Source: Torpedo marmorata
Taxonomy: Eukaryota
Direction of reading: 5' to 3'
Length of the DNA stretch: 64,000 nucleotides
NCBI GenBank assembly: GCA_977017645.1
Contig: OZ360231.1
Span: forward strand, 60,574,001 to 60,638,000
The notes beneath the pieces were generated by a model. The model was not told where the DNA came from and ran no database searches. It was given only the letters and a program-made list of their open reading frames with translations. Both the position numbers and the translations under genes were made by a program. Numbering within the stretch: the first letter of the stretch is position 1; every line of letters begins with the position of its first letter. This document shows positions 12,311 through 24,750 of this stretch, in pieces.

Positions 12311-12664
12311 CGGAATTGGACATTTTGGCATCCGCAGTTTGGTGCCGGATATTTTGGCGCTCGCATTTGGCGACGGACATGGCATTTATTATATTTTTAA
12401 TTAAATAGTTAACATCTCCGCACTCCCCTCTCCCCGCGGTGACATCTCCGCACTCCCCGCGGTGACATCTCAGCACTCCCCTCACCCCGCGGTGAAATCC
12501 ACCTAACTGTTAGCGCCAAAATGTCCAGTGCCAAACTGTGGAGGCCAAAATGTCTGGCGCCAAAATGTCCAGTGCCAAACTGTGGAGGCCAAAATGTCTG
12601 GCGCCAAAATGTCCAGTGCCAAACTGTGGAGGCCAATGTCCGGCGCCAAAATGTCCTAGACCCG
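12311..12664. mobile_element. Non-autonomous DNA transposon with subterminal repeat arrays (Zisupton-like, tentative)
   Basis: CGG...CCG ends, inverted arrays of GGACATTTTGGC(GCC), 8-bp TSD GCGAGGAG/GCAAGGAG. Confidence 0.7.
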
Positions 12665-12918
12665 GCAAGGAGAGATGAAAGGGTTGCTAAAGTGGGGATG
12701 GCTAGATCACAGGGAAGAGGAAAGCAATCTACCCTAACCTCTGAAACAGATGATGGATTCAAGTCCCATTTCAAAGGCCAGAGCACCTTCCTGCACCAGT
12801 GCAGTAGTGAGGGTGTACAGCATATATGCTCCAGTGCAGCAGTGAGGATGTGCAGCACATGCCGCTCAATTGCAGTAGTGAGAGTGTGCAGCACAGTCGC
12901 ATGGGTGGGCATGGTTTA

Positions 12919-13155
12919 GGGCAGCACGGTTAATGTAGCGGTATGTGCAATGCTATTACACTAGCAACCTGGGTTCGAATTCAGCAGCGTTTGTATATTC
13001 TCCCTGTGTCATTGTGGGTTTCCTCCTGGTGCTCCGGTTTCCTCCCACGTTCTAAAGACTTACAGGGTTAGTAGGTCAATTGGTCACATGGGTGTATTGG
13101 ACGGTGCGGGCTCATGGACCGGAAGGGCTTGTTATCGTGCTGTATCTCTAAATTA
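12919..13155 (+). mobile_element. tRNA-derived SINE (V-SINE/HE1-like)
   Basis: GGGCAGCACGGTT head, GGGTTCGAAT B-box, CTCCGGTTTCCTCCCAC core. Confidence 0.85.
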
Positions 13156-14649
13156 AAAAAATTTTTAAAAAGTCGGAGGTGGGCCTTTTGAATAGGATAA
13201 AGTTCCATCCTAATCCTCACATGTGTATAATTTTGAAGAAGAATGCTAAAGTTATCCGGCTGAAATTTATCCCTCAATCACTAAAAAACAAATTAGCTGT
13301 TGTTTCTCACATGATATGTGCGAGTTGGCCGTGCCCAGCTTGTTGGCTGCATTTTCGTACATTACAGCACTACACAGCTGTACAATTGGCGTACTGTGTG
13401 CAGTTCTGTTTGCCCAGCTATAGAAAAGATGTCAATAAGTTGGAATAGGTGCTAAAGACATTCACCAGGACTGGAGGGCTTGAGTCATGTGGAAAGGCTG
13501 GGTAGGCTGGGTCTTTTTCCCTTGGATCGTAGGAGGCTGAGGAGTGATAGAGGTGTGATCGACATTAATGAGTTGGGACGAAGGGCCTGTTCTGAACTGG
13601 ATTACTCCTTGAATAATGTTTTAACTTCAGAAGGATGTGCAAAGGTCTTAAAACGTGCTTTACAAGTCATTCTTCTGTAAAATACAAAAGAGAATTTTCT
13701 GGGATCAATTGCATGCAGAGACACCAAAGGTTTTCCCAATGTGACCTGGGCACCCATTGATCTCGCAAACCACAAAGACCATGGTACAATCAGTGCAGGC
13801 AAGGCACCACCCAAGAGTAACTGGTGGGATTGCAGATGGAAGTCTTTTAGAGAATGACCTCAAATGTTTCAGCCAAAATATAAAACCCATACTTAGATCA
13901 ACATTACTATTAATAAATCATCTCTAAAAATGTAAATATTGGGTGAAAAGGTTAAGTAAATTATTTTAACTTTTTAATTTATAGGAAACATGATTTGAAT
14001 AGTTTCCTTTTCAATGCCTGCATTGCTAGCCAGATGTTGGCAACTTCAAAACTCATGAATCCAAGTTTTGTTAATTCTTGGCGGTGCTGCAGAACTCACA
14101 GGAAGTCGTCCATGCAGAAAAGGTGGGAGGAACCAGGAATGCTTCTCAACACATATAGTTTACAATAATTTGAAGAACGTATTAATTTAAACAACTGAAG
14201 GCCTTTTTAATGCTTTTATGTAAATTATTTTCATGTTAATGATTTTTTAAAATTTGTAACGACAACATTAATCACTTGCTGAGATGTAACTTAACACGTG
14301 GGCCTTTTCTGCCATTCTGCCCAATGGCCATAATTGGCTGTGAGTGGTTGCAGGTGACTGGAGCCTAATCCTTTCCCCATCCCCTATCTCCTGAATGTAC
14401 TCTTAGAACCAGACCTATTGGCTAGTAAAAAAAAAATAGCAGCTTGCCATGGGCTCCTGAAACTCTCTGTATCAACAACAGTGCACATTAATAAAACAAT
14501 TTGATCACATGAGTGTATCTGGGCGACAAGGGCTCATGGGCCAGAAGGACCAGTTGCTGTATCTCTGTTTAAATTTCAAAGACATACTACTTTACAGAAA
14601 ATTGAAGATCAGCGAGCAGAAAACTAGGGCAATAAAAGGAACTGGCCAA

Positions 14650-15268
14650 AACTACAATCAAAAAATAGTGGAGAGAGTAGAGAGCACCAAGTTCCTCGGA
14701 TTCCACTTAACAAGTGACCTATCTTGGACACACAACATCTCCTCACTTGCCAGGCAGGCGCAACAGCGACTACCCTTCCTGAGAGGATTGAAGCGGGCAA
14801 GGCTACCGGCCACCATACTGTCAACTTTCTACAGGAGCTCTATCGAGTGCGTCCTGGCTGGCTGCATCACAGAGTGGTACGGTTGCTGTAGAGAATTGGA
14901 TCGGAGGTCAATCCACAGGACAATAAGAGCAGCAGATCGTTGAGGACCCCTTCCACCCTGCGCACAGCATCTTTCAGCTACTCCCATTGGAAAAGAGATA
15001 CAGAAGTATCAGAGCCAGAACCACCAGGCTGAGAAACAGCTTCTTCCTACGGGCAGTAAGACTGCTGAACGACTAAATGAACTGCTCATACTAACCCTCC
15101 GAACTCTACTATTTATTAAACAATATTTATTTATTTTTGATTATATATCACTTGTCTGTATGTGTGCGATGTCTGGCTGTGTGTTTGCATGTTTTTGCAC
15201 TGAGGACCAGAGAATGCTGTTTCGTCGGGTTGTACTTGTACAATCGGATGATATTGAACTTGAACTTT
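14650..15268 (+). mobile_element. Rex1/Babar-like LINE 3' fragment
   Basis: VERVESTKFLG...AQQRLPFLRGLKRA...LAGCITEWYG; TTGAAC-repeat tail. Confidence 0.82.
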
Positions 15269-15676
15269 GCAGGAAGGGTTGCAGGTTGTGCTTGAGAATG
15301 TAAGTTTCAAAGCAAAGGAATGTGGTGACTAAAGATTCTGCTGATGATAATAGAGCAGGGGGATGGCAATCCCGAGAGAAGGGCAGAATCAAACGAGCAA
15401 AGGTTCCATGTTCAAACATAATGCTGCAACAGATCAATGAAGATGGTCAGACAGAGAACACATAAAAGCACTGTTCTTTGGGTTGGAGATCTGATTTTAT
15501 GCAGAAAGCTGTGAGTTAGATGATACAAGACAAACAATCCTGCAGAAATATATGGGAAATAATCTGGAAGTTTAAAATGAATATCATTTTGAAGATTAAG
15601 CCTCGAATAGGGCTTCAGGTGAAAGCCGACTGAAATGACACAAATTTAAATGATCAAAAGAAATATTCACAGGTAC

Positions 15677-15902
15677 CTTCCAGCTTTGGTAATAATCATT
15701 TCAGTGCCAATGTCATGAAATCTCTTCCAAAGATCAGCACATTGTAGTTCCATCTGGATCTCGTCCATGGAGGTGGCTGGGAGAGATGAGGAGGGGTTGG
15801 CAGTGAGTTCTGTGGGAGAGCTGTAGGAACAGGCTGTGTGCTGAGGTGCGTTCTCCCCCTCTGCCGCCGGGCTCTGCTCTTGATCTGAGCTCAGTTGGGA
15901 CT
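15677..15902 (-). CDS. TBX15: TBX15 coding exon 2 (start of T-box); absent from the ORF track
   Basis: Manual translation ...[53 protein letters not shown](R); acceptor tttcctctgttgtgttgcag, donor AG|GTACCT; 226 nt, phase 1 in and phase 2 out, fits exons 1 and 3. Confidence 0.93.
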
Positions 15903-16507
15903 CTGCAACACAACAGAGGAAATCACATCACAAGGTGTTCAGGACATAAGCAACAAGAACTTGAAAAATATGGAATAAAACATTATAAAATTTTGAGAGT
16001 TAAAATTGTTCATCCAGCACCAGAAAGAGGGAACAACACTGGTTAGCACTTCATAAAAAATTCACCATCACCCACTGATACAGCAAGGAATTATTAGGGA
16101 GGGCCCCTGGAGGTCTTCTGTCAGAGATTGTCCCTCCAAAAGGGAGAAGACCACATTTTTAATCCTTTAGAAGATAGGAACATAAGAAATAGGAGCGGGT
16201 GTCGGCCATCTGGCCCATCAAGCCTGCTCTGCCATTCAATGAGATCATGACTGATCTGGCCGTGGACTGTGCTCCACTTATCTGTCTCTCCCCCATAACC
16301 CTTAATCCCCCTACCATGCAAAGGTCTATCTAGCTGTGTCTTAAATATATTTAATGAGGCAACCTCTACTGTTTCCTTGGGCAGATATTTTCACAGAGTC
16401 ACTACTTTCTTGGAGAAGCAGTTCCTCCCTATCCATTAAATCTACTGTGAAAATTATTACCTCTTCCTGAAGGTCAAGTTCCTTCAATGTCAATGAAGAT
16501 TTTTTTA

Positions 16508-16737
16508 AAAATTTAGACATACAGTACAGTAACAGGTCCTTCTGGCCCTCGAGCCTGTGCCGTCCAAATGCCCCAATTAACCTACACCCCGGTACGTTTC
16601 TGAAAGGTGGGGGGAAACCTGAAGCACCTGGAGGAAACCCACACAGACATGGGGAGAACATACAAACTCCTTACAGATAGCACCAGATTCGAACCCGGGT
16701 CACTTTGCACTAACCCCAACACTAACCATGCTGCCCC
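16508..16737 (-). mobile_element. tRNA-derived SINE (V-SINE/HE1-like)
   Basis: Reverse complement of the same family. Confidence 0.85.
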
Positions 16738-19323
16738 CAAATCTTCAGCCATCTTATACTGTACCAAAGTTTGAACCATTCTTCCTAAGCCCTACTATCC
16801 TGCTATATCATCATCACTTTGAAATAGATTTTTGAAGAATTATACTTTGTCTTGTCCTGTTACTCTCCTCCTACCCCTGCCCAATTTTGAGTTGTGTATG
16901 TTCAGTTAAATTAAAGGTGCAAATTGTATAAGTTATTGTATAAAGTTCCTTAATGTCATTGAGCTACAGAATATAGAAACAGGCCCTTTGGCCCAACTTG
17001 TCCATGCCAACCTTGGTGCCTCCCTGAGCTCATCCCATTGCCTGCATTTGGCCCATGTCTAAGCCCTACATCATTGTATAATTATCTATAGAGTCACCCT
17101 CACACTTCTTCACTCCAGGAACAACTGTCCCAGGTTATCAAGTCAATAAACCTTTTTCTACGCTAGATTATTCATCTCCTGCTACTTTATTATACGAAAC
17201 TGCGCAAACATGACTATGGTACATTTTGAGTATTGCTGCATGGTATTTTGAGATTTATGTCACTACTAATGATATCTTCTTATCAAAATTATATATTCTG
17301 CATTTAATTTCAGCTGCACAAAAGTGTGATGCTCAGCTGAGTTTGATCTCTACTTCTCTGAACACTGAAAATATCAAGGAAGGTCTTCTTTTAAGCAGCT
17401 AATATTATCATATTATTTACCAAGTTGTAAAAAAGGTGCTTCAAATAAGTTATATGGTATTGGTTTTGTGATTGTTTTTCTTTCATTGTAATTTTAAGTC
17501 CAGTACTAGTACCAAAAGGCTAACACATATTGAGCTGTATATAAAAACCTCAATTATTTGTACTCTGGATCTGTGCTGTAGTGTTCTATGGTTCTATTGG
17601 TGTTGTTTAGTAGTTCTGAAGAATAATCAAATTATCATCAGTATAAGCATCTCTTCCAATTTACTTTTCTGGTTATAAAATTTATTTACTTTCCTGAACA
17701 ACAGATTTCATTCAGCTGGTGGTCCACAGTGGAATTTTCCTCTGGAATGCACAAGATAATTTGACACATATTTAGCTGCTAGCTCAAGGTAAGTAGAAAT
17801 ATGTTAATTTTCACTCAAGTGACTCAAGTTAAGGTTCAACTGGTAATACAGTTTTCAGTTTTGAACAATACTGGATCACAGACATTTCCTACCATTGAGA
17901 ACAACATCACATTCAACGTTTGTTCACCGTGGAATGCTTCAGTAACCAGGATGACAAAAATATTTAATTTTGTGACAATTAGTAATTCCCAAAGCAGTCA
18001 ATTATAATTTAAAAGCAAAAACTACAGATGCTGGAAATATGAAATAAATATAGAAAATGTTGGAATTACACTATGTTGGAAAACACCTCCATGCAATCCA
18101 CAAGAGTGACTCCGAGCTTCCACTTGTCTGTCTCTTTAATTCTCCCTCTCACACTCACTCTAACCTCTCATTCTTTGATACCTTAAGCTCAGGTAACAGC
18201 ACCTCATCTTCAGGCTGAACACATTACAGTCCTTAGAACTTGACATGATCAATTTTAGAAAATGATCTTTCCTGGTTGGTATCAGAACTAGCAAGTTAAC
18301 CATGTTTTCCTATATATTCTGTCTGACTTGCTGGATATTTCCAACTGTGGTACATTGTATGTTACAGTTTGAACATTTTTATCTCTTCTTCACTCTTTTT
18401 TTTCTGCTGCTATGCAAATCTTCTCCAGACAGATTATTTGTGAGGGAAAAGCACAAATTTGCCCTCTCCTAGCTGGCACCAACACTACTCGTATAATTCA
18501 GTCTCATTTGGTCTTTATCTTACAGACGCTCTTTCTGTTTCTCCCACTACCTCTCCAACTGTTCTGCAACTCAAAGCATGTTTGATTTTTAGAAACAAAA
18601 GGAACTGCTGATGCTCAGTTTGGGGAAAAAAAACTGCTGGAGAAACTCAAAAGGTCGAGCAGCATCTATGAGGAGGGGGGGGGGGAAGTAATGACCCTGC
18701 ATTGAGTCTCCATGTCGACAACTCCTTTCCCACCCCAGATAATGTCTGATTTTTAACTACTAATTCTGATTCAAGTTACCGACCTGAAACACTAATTTGA
18801 TTCTTTCTGCATGATGCCTGCTGTGTATTTTCAGTACTTTTCTGGAATTATTATTTATACTCTAATTTCCATTTACATCCTGGTGTCCTTTTCCCTTGTG
18901 CAAATAGATCACGCTTGGACATAAAGCATTTGAAAAGTAACTATTTTTGCACAAAATAGTTTACAAAAAAAACAATCAGTCCCAAAGTATGATATGTTCC
19001 TAGTTTGTGTTTATTGTGAACAGATTAAGAGAACTCATGGCTGGCTACATAATGGAAATGATGCAAATGATTTCATCAAATTGAATTATTTGAATGGAAC
19101 AGTAATCCAAGTATGTAGAATAGTCTATATTTTGTAGGAAGCGAAAATCAAATGCTTTGGTTTTAGATTTTGGATCATGGTATGTAGCTGTAACTTATGG
19201 ACCATGGTTATTATGAATGAACATTTTATTTATAATAATATGGCATACTTAAAAATTAAAGTTACTTTCTATAAAATATTAAGCTGGCAATGGTTGTGCA
19301 ACACCTGTAAATAAATATTGAAT

Positions 19324-19388
19324 AGAGAGGGTATGTCAGAACAGAGAGGGTATGTCAGAACAGAGAGGGTATGTCAGAACAGAGAGGC
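19324..19388. repeat. 19-bp tandem repeat, about 3.4 copies
   Basis: AGAGAGGGTATGTCAGAAC. Confidence 0.9.
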
Positions 19389-20065
19389 TATACATTAGAA
19401 AAGGTTTTATCATACAACAGAGAGAGTATAGCATTGAAAAGGAGGGTATTTCATACAACAGGGAGCATATATCGTAGACTCACTCTGCACTGATGCAGCA
19501 TTCACCTGAAAACAAAGTGCGACTGTTAAATAGTTAGAATGTCAGGAATTGAGGTGTATATTTAAATGTTTGATGACAAATTAAGAAGATTACAAGGCTA
19601 TAATTATTTATTGGAACAATGTGGATCTTGCAAAGGAAGGTAGAAATTACCAAAATCATGGTAGGTAATATAGGTTATTTTACCCAGATTTTCTTAATCT
19701 GCTCACAATACCTGGTTCTCCTGTATCTGTTGAAACGGTGGCAAAATGTCAGTGGCATTGCTAATCAATGTTAGGTAGTAGATTCAAGAAAGGCTCCAGG
19801 AAACTGCCAGGTTCCTTTCATTAGATAAATATTAATAAATTGGTGGGAGGTTTGAAAAGAGCAGGAGAAATAATTCAAAGAATTATGACTCTTGGTTATG
19901 ACATCCTTAAAGAGTTGATTTGTTATCAGTGTGAAACAGCATGAAATGGACCATGAGCCAGTAAGTATATCAAAATGTTCAGAGAAATGAATAATACAGA
20001 TGTCAGCAATCAATTTGGCAGATTATGATTGAAGAAATGGAGGATCTGAATGAAGAATTCACATC

Positions 20066-22965
20066 TCATGCAAGCCAGTTAGAACGGTTGAAATGTGTCT
20101 ATTTCAACGCTAGGAGTATTAGGAATAAAGGGGATGAATTTAGAGCATAGATCAGTATGTGGAACTACGATGTTGTGGCCGTTACTGAAACTTGGCTGGA
20201 GGCAGGGCAAGATTTGCTGATGCAGGTACCGGGGTTTAGCTGTTTTAAAAGGAATAGGATGGGAGGTAGAAAAGGGGTGGGGGGGGGAGTGGAGTAGCAT
20301 TACTGGTCAGGGATAATATCACGGCTATAGAAAGGGAGGACGATGCAGAGGGATTGTCCACTGAGTCGGTGTGGGTGGAAGTCAGAAATAGGAAGGGAGC
20401 TATCACTGTGCTGGGAGTAGTCTATAGGCCCCCAAATAGCCCTCGGGACACCGAGGAGCAGATAAGCAGGCAGATTTTGGAATGGTGTGGGAAATACAGG
20501 GTTGTAGTTATGGGTGATTTCAACTTCCCTAATATTGATTGGCACCTCCTGACTGCAAGAGGGATAGATGGGGCTAAATTTGTCAGGTGTGTTCAAGAAG
20601 GATTCCTGAAACAGTATGTGGACCGGCCGACGAGAGGAGAAGCCATACTGGATCTGGTTCTGGGTAATGAACCTGGTCAGGTGGTGGATCTCTCGGTGGG
20701 GGAGTATTTTGGTGAGATCACAACTCCCTTAGCTTCAGCATAGCTATGGAGAAGGATAAAAAAAGACATAATGGAAAAGTGCTTAACTGGGGAAGGGGTA
20801 ATTATGAAGGGATGAGGCAGCAACTAGCGAGAGTAAATTGGAGACATATGTTTAAGGGTGAAAGCACAGAAGTAATGTGGAGGAAGTTTAGGGACCAATT
20901 GTGCAGGGTTCAGGATAGATTTGCCCACTGGGACAAGGAAAAGATGGTAGGAAAATGGAACCGTGGCTGACGAAACAGGTCAGGCAACTACTTAAGAGGA
21001 AGAAGGAAGCATATGTTAGATATAGGAAGCAGGAAACAGGAAGGGCTCATGAGAAATATATGGTAGCCAGGAAGGAGCTTAAGAAAGGACTTAGGAAAGC
21101 TCGAAGGGGGCATGAAAAGGCCTTGGCATGTAGGATTAAGGAGAATCCCAAGGTGTTCTAATCGTATGTGAAGAACAGAAGGATGACAAGAATGAAGGTG
21201 GAGCCACTAAAGGATAAAGGAGGCAACATGTGCCTGGAGGCAGAGGAGGTTGGGAAGGTCCTAAATGAATACTTTGCATCAGTATTCACAAGAGAAAAGG
21301 ACCTTGATCACGGTGAGGTCGAAATTGAACAGGCCTGTGTGCTGGACAATGTGGAGATTAAGGAAGAGGAAGTGTTGGATCCTCTTAAAAACATCAAGAT
21401 TGATGTCCCCGGGGCCGGTCGCGATATACCCCAGGTTGCTGTGGGAAGTGAGAGAAGAGATAGCTGGGGAAGTAGCTATGATCTTTGAATCCTCTTTAGC
21501 CACAGGGGAGGTGCCGGAGGATTGGAGAATGGCAAATGTAGTCCCCTTGTTTAAAAAAGGTAATAGGGAGAATCCTGGGAATTATAGACCAGTGAGTCTT
21601 ACGTCAGTGGTGTGCAAACTATTGGAGAGGATTCATAAGGATAGGATCTATGAGCATTTTGAGAAGTACAGTCTACTCAAGGATAGTCAGCATGGCTTTG
21701 TGAAGGGAAGGTCGTGCTTCAAGAGCCTAATTGAGTTTTTTGAGGAGGTAACAAAAGAAATTGATGAGGGTAGGGCGGCAGATGTGGCCTACATGGATTT
21801 TAGCAAGGCATATGACAAGGTCCCCCACGAGAGACTCATCCAGAAAGTCATGAGGCATGGGATCAGTGGAACCTTGGCTGTGTGGATAAAAAATTGGCTT
21901 GTAGGAAGAAAGAAGAGAGTAGTAGTGGAAGGAAAGTATTCTGCCTGGAGGTCGGTGACTAGTGGAGTGCCGCAAGGATCTGTTCTGGGACCCCTGCTCT
22001 TTGTGATTTTTATAAATGACCTGGATGAAGAGGCGGAAGGATAGGTCAGTAAGTTTGCGGATGACACAAAGGTTGGAGGAGTTGTGGATGGAGCTGAAGG
22101 TTGTCGAAGGTTACAAGACGATATAGACAGGATGCAGAGTTGGGCAGAAAAGTGGCAGATGGAGTTCAATCCGGATAAGTGTGAGGTGATGCATTTGCGA
22201 AGGACAAACCAGAAGGCTGAGTACAGGGTTAATGGTTGGTTACTTAAGAGTGTGGATAAACAGAGAGACCTTGGGGTTCAAATCCATACATCCCTCAAGG
22301 TCGCTGCGCAGGTTGATAGGATAGTTAAGAAGGCCTATGGGATGCTGGGCTTCATTAATAAGGGGATTGAATTCAGGAGTAGAGAGGTCATGTTGCAACT
22401 CTACAAATCTCTGGTGAGACCGCACTTAGAGTATTGTGTTCAGTTCTGGTCACCTCATTATAGGAAGGATGAGGAAGCTATGGAGAGGGTGCAGAGGAGA
22501 TTTACCAGGATGTTGCCTAGATTGGGAAACAAGTCTTATGAGGCAAGGTTAGCAGAGCTGGGACTTTTCTCTTTGGAGCATAGAAGGATCAGAGGAGACT
22601 TGATAGAGATCTACAAGATTATGAGAGTCATAGATAGGGTGGACAGCCAGCACCTGTTTCCCAGGGCAGGATCAGCAAACACCAGAGGACATATGTACAA
22701 AGTTAAGGGAGGGAAGTTTAGGGGAGACATCAGGGGTAACTTTTTTACACAGAGAGTTGTGGGTGCTTGGAATGCCTTGCCAGGGATGATGGTGGAGGCT
22801 GAAAGATTAGGGGCATTTAAGAGACTCTTAGACAGGTACATGGATGAAATAAAAATAGAGGGTTACGGGGTAGGGAGGATTTAGTATTTTTTAAAGGAAT
22901 ATATGGGTCGGCACAACATTGAGGGCCGAAGGGCCTGTACTGTGCTATAGTGTTCTATGTTCTAT
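20066..22965 (+). mobile_element. CR1 LINE, near-complete but disrupted ORF2 (endonuclease + reverse transcriptase) with 3' tail
   Basis: [40 protein letters not shown]; stops and frameshifts; tail ...GGGCCTGTACTGTGCTATAGTGTTCTATGTTCTATG. Confidence 0.95.
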
Positions 22966-23650
22966 GAGAGTTTCATAGAAATGTCCACTACTAGATATGT
23001 GGGACAGGTACAGAAATTTGATAAGATGGGCATGAAATAGTACATTGGAACAGTAGAGTATGGATCTAATCAAGATAAGGAAATGCACAAAGAGAATCTC
23101 GGCTGCAGTTACATAGAACAGATCATAGAACATTACAGCACAATACAGGCCATTCGGTCACGATGTTGTGCTGACCTATGTAAACCTCTCCCACATCAAT
23201 CTTATCCTTCCCTACCTCACACCCATAACCATTCTTCTTACAGTTGCTTTTAATTTATCCTCAGTTTTATTAAAAGGTGTAGGTTTGGAAATGGGAAAAT
23301 ATATTGATTTGTTGTTACCAAAAGAATGAAAAAGGTGATAAACAGGAATAGGGTCACAATTACAAATAGAATGTTATATAATATAAACTATCAGACAACC
23401 CCACACTCAGACAAAAATGATAGAACTTATATGCAGAACTATGGAATACTGCCACCACATGACATGTGTTCAACATTTCGTGCACAGAAAGTTGTTATGA
23501 TTTACAGGTATGTGCAGTTTACTGCTCCAACCATAACTAACAACCTAAACAACAGCTCATCAAACATTGATCTATTTATTATTTCAGATTAGCACTACAT
23601 GTTGGACAATCTGGCAAAATAGAGACAGTGAGATCTCAAGGGAAGTGGCA

Positions 23651-24287
23651 ATACAAATGCTAGAGAAGCTCAGCAGGTCACAGTGTCCTTTATGTAGCAA
23701 AGGAAGAAATACTTAACGGATGTTTCGGGCTTGAGCCCTTCATCAAAGTATGAGAAAATGCCGGCAGGCATCCGAACAAAAGAGTTGGGGGGGGGGAAGG
23801 GGTGGCAAAGGCAGGAGATGATAGGTGGAGAAAGGAGGGATGGGACAGCAGTAATGAGGGGGAGGAGGGATGGCTGGATGGCTGGAAGAACTGGAAAGAC
23901 AGGACAGGGGGGAGGGGAAAGGAAAGGCTAGCAGGTTTAGTGGAAAGCAGTAAAGTCTCTACATCGGAGAGACCGGTCGCAGATTGGGAGATCGCTTCGC
24001 TCAGCACCTCCACTCCGTTCGCAACAACAGCGACCTCCCAGTGGCCAACCATTTCAATTCCGAGTCACACTCCCATGCTCTCATGTCCGTCTATGGCCTT
24101 GTGTACTATCTCACCCTGACCATCCGCAGATTGGAGGAACAACACCTTATTTTCCGTCTGGGCACTCTCCAGCCAGATGGCATGAACATTGACTTTACTG
24201 CTTTCCACTATTGACCTGCTGAGCTTCTCCAGCATTTGTGTTTTTACTTCAACCACGGACAGTGTCTACAGATTTTCGTGATTTACT
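23651..24287 (+). mobile_element. Penelope-like retroelement fragment: GIY-YIG endonuclease remnant with inverted terminal segment
   Basis: LYIGETGRRLGDRFAQHL...LPVANHFNS...LEEQHLIFRLGTLQPDGMNIDF; exact 15-bp TSD TCAAGGGAAGTGGCA (23636-23650, 24288-24302). Confidence 0.88.
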
Positions 24288-24494
24288 TCAAGGGAAGTGG
24301 CAGTGAGGAAGAGTTGAATGTCACTTGCATACCAATGGAAACTGACACCAAGTTCAGGGATGATGTCAATAAGTGTCAGCTGTAGTGGAGGAGAAGAGGG
24401 ACTTTATATCTGGGCCATGTAGCAACCAAATTTAACGACAATTATTTTAAATTGCCGAGCAAAGAAAAAATGAAATATAAAGCTTAAGATATTA

Positions 24495-24750
24495 GGGTGG
24501 CATGGTTAGCGTAGCGGTTAGCACGGTGCTAATACAGTGCCAGAGACACGGTTCAAATCTAGCGCTGTCTGTAAGGAATTTGTACGTTCTACCCATGTCC
24601 ACATGGGTTTCCTCTGGGTGCTCTTTCCTCCCACATTCCAAAAGAAAACGTACAGGGTTAGAAAGTTAAGTGGTAACATGGGTATAATTGGGCAGTGCGG
24701 GCTCGTGGGCCGGAAGGGCCTGTTACTGTGCTGTATCTCTGAAACTTAAA
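24495..24750 (+). mobile_element. tRNA-derived SINE (V-SINE/HE1-like)
   Basis: Same head, core and tail. Confidence 0.85.

Noticed and set aside
12409-12919. Overlapping ORFs of 167 and 132 aa
   Set aside because: Derived from the repeat arrays of the 12311-12664 element.
20066-22965. Active CR1 or domesticated RT gene
   Set aside because: Several stops and frameshifts, including a stop just before FADD.
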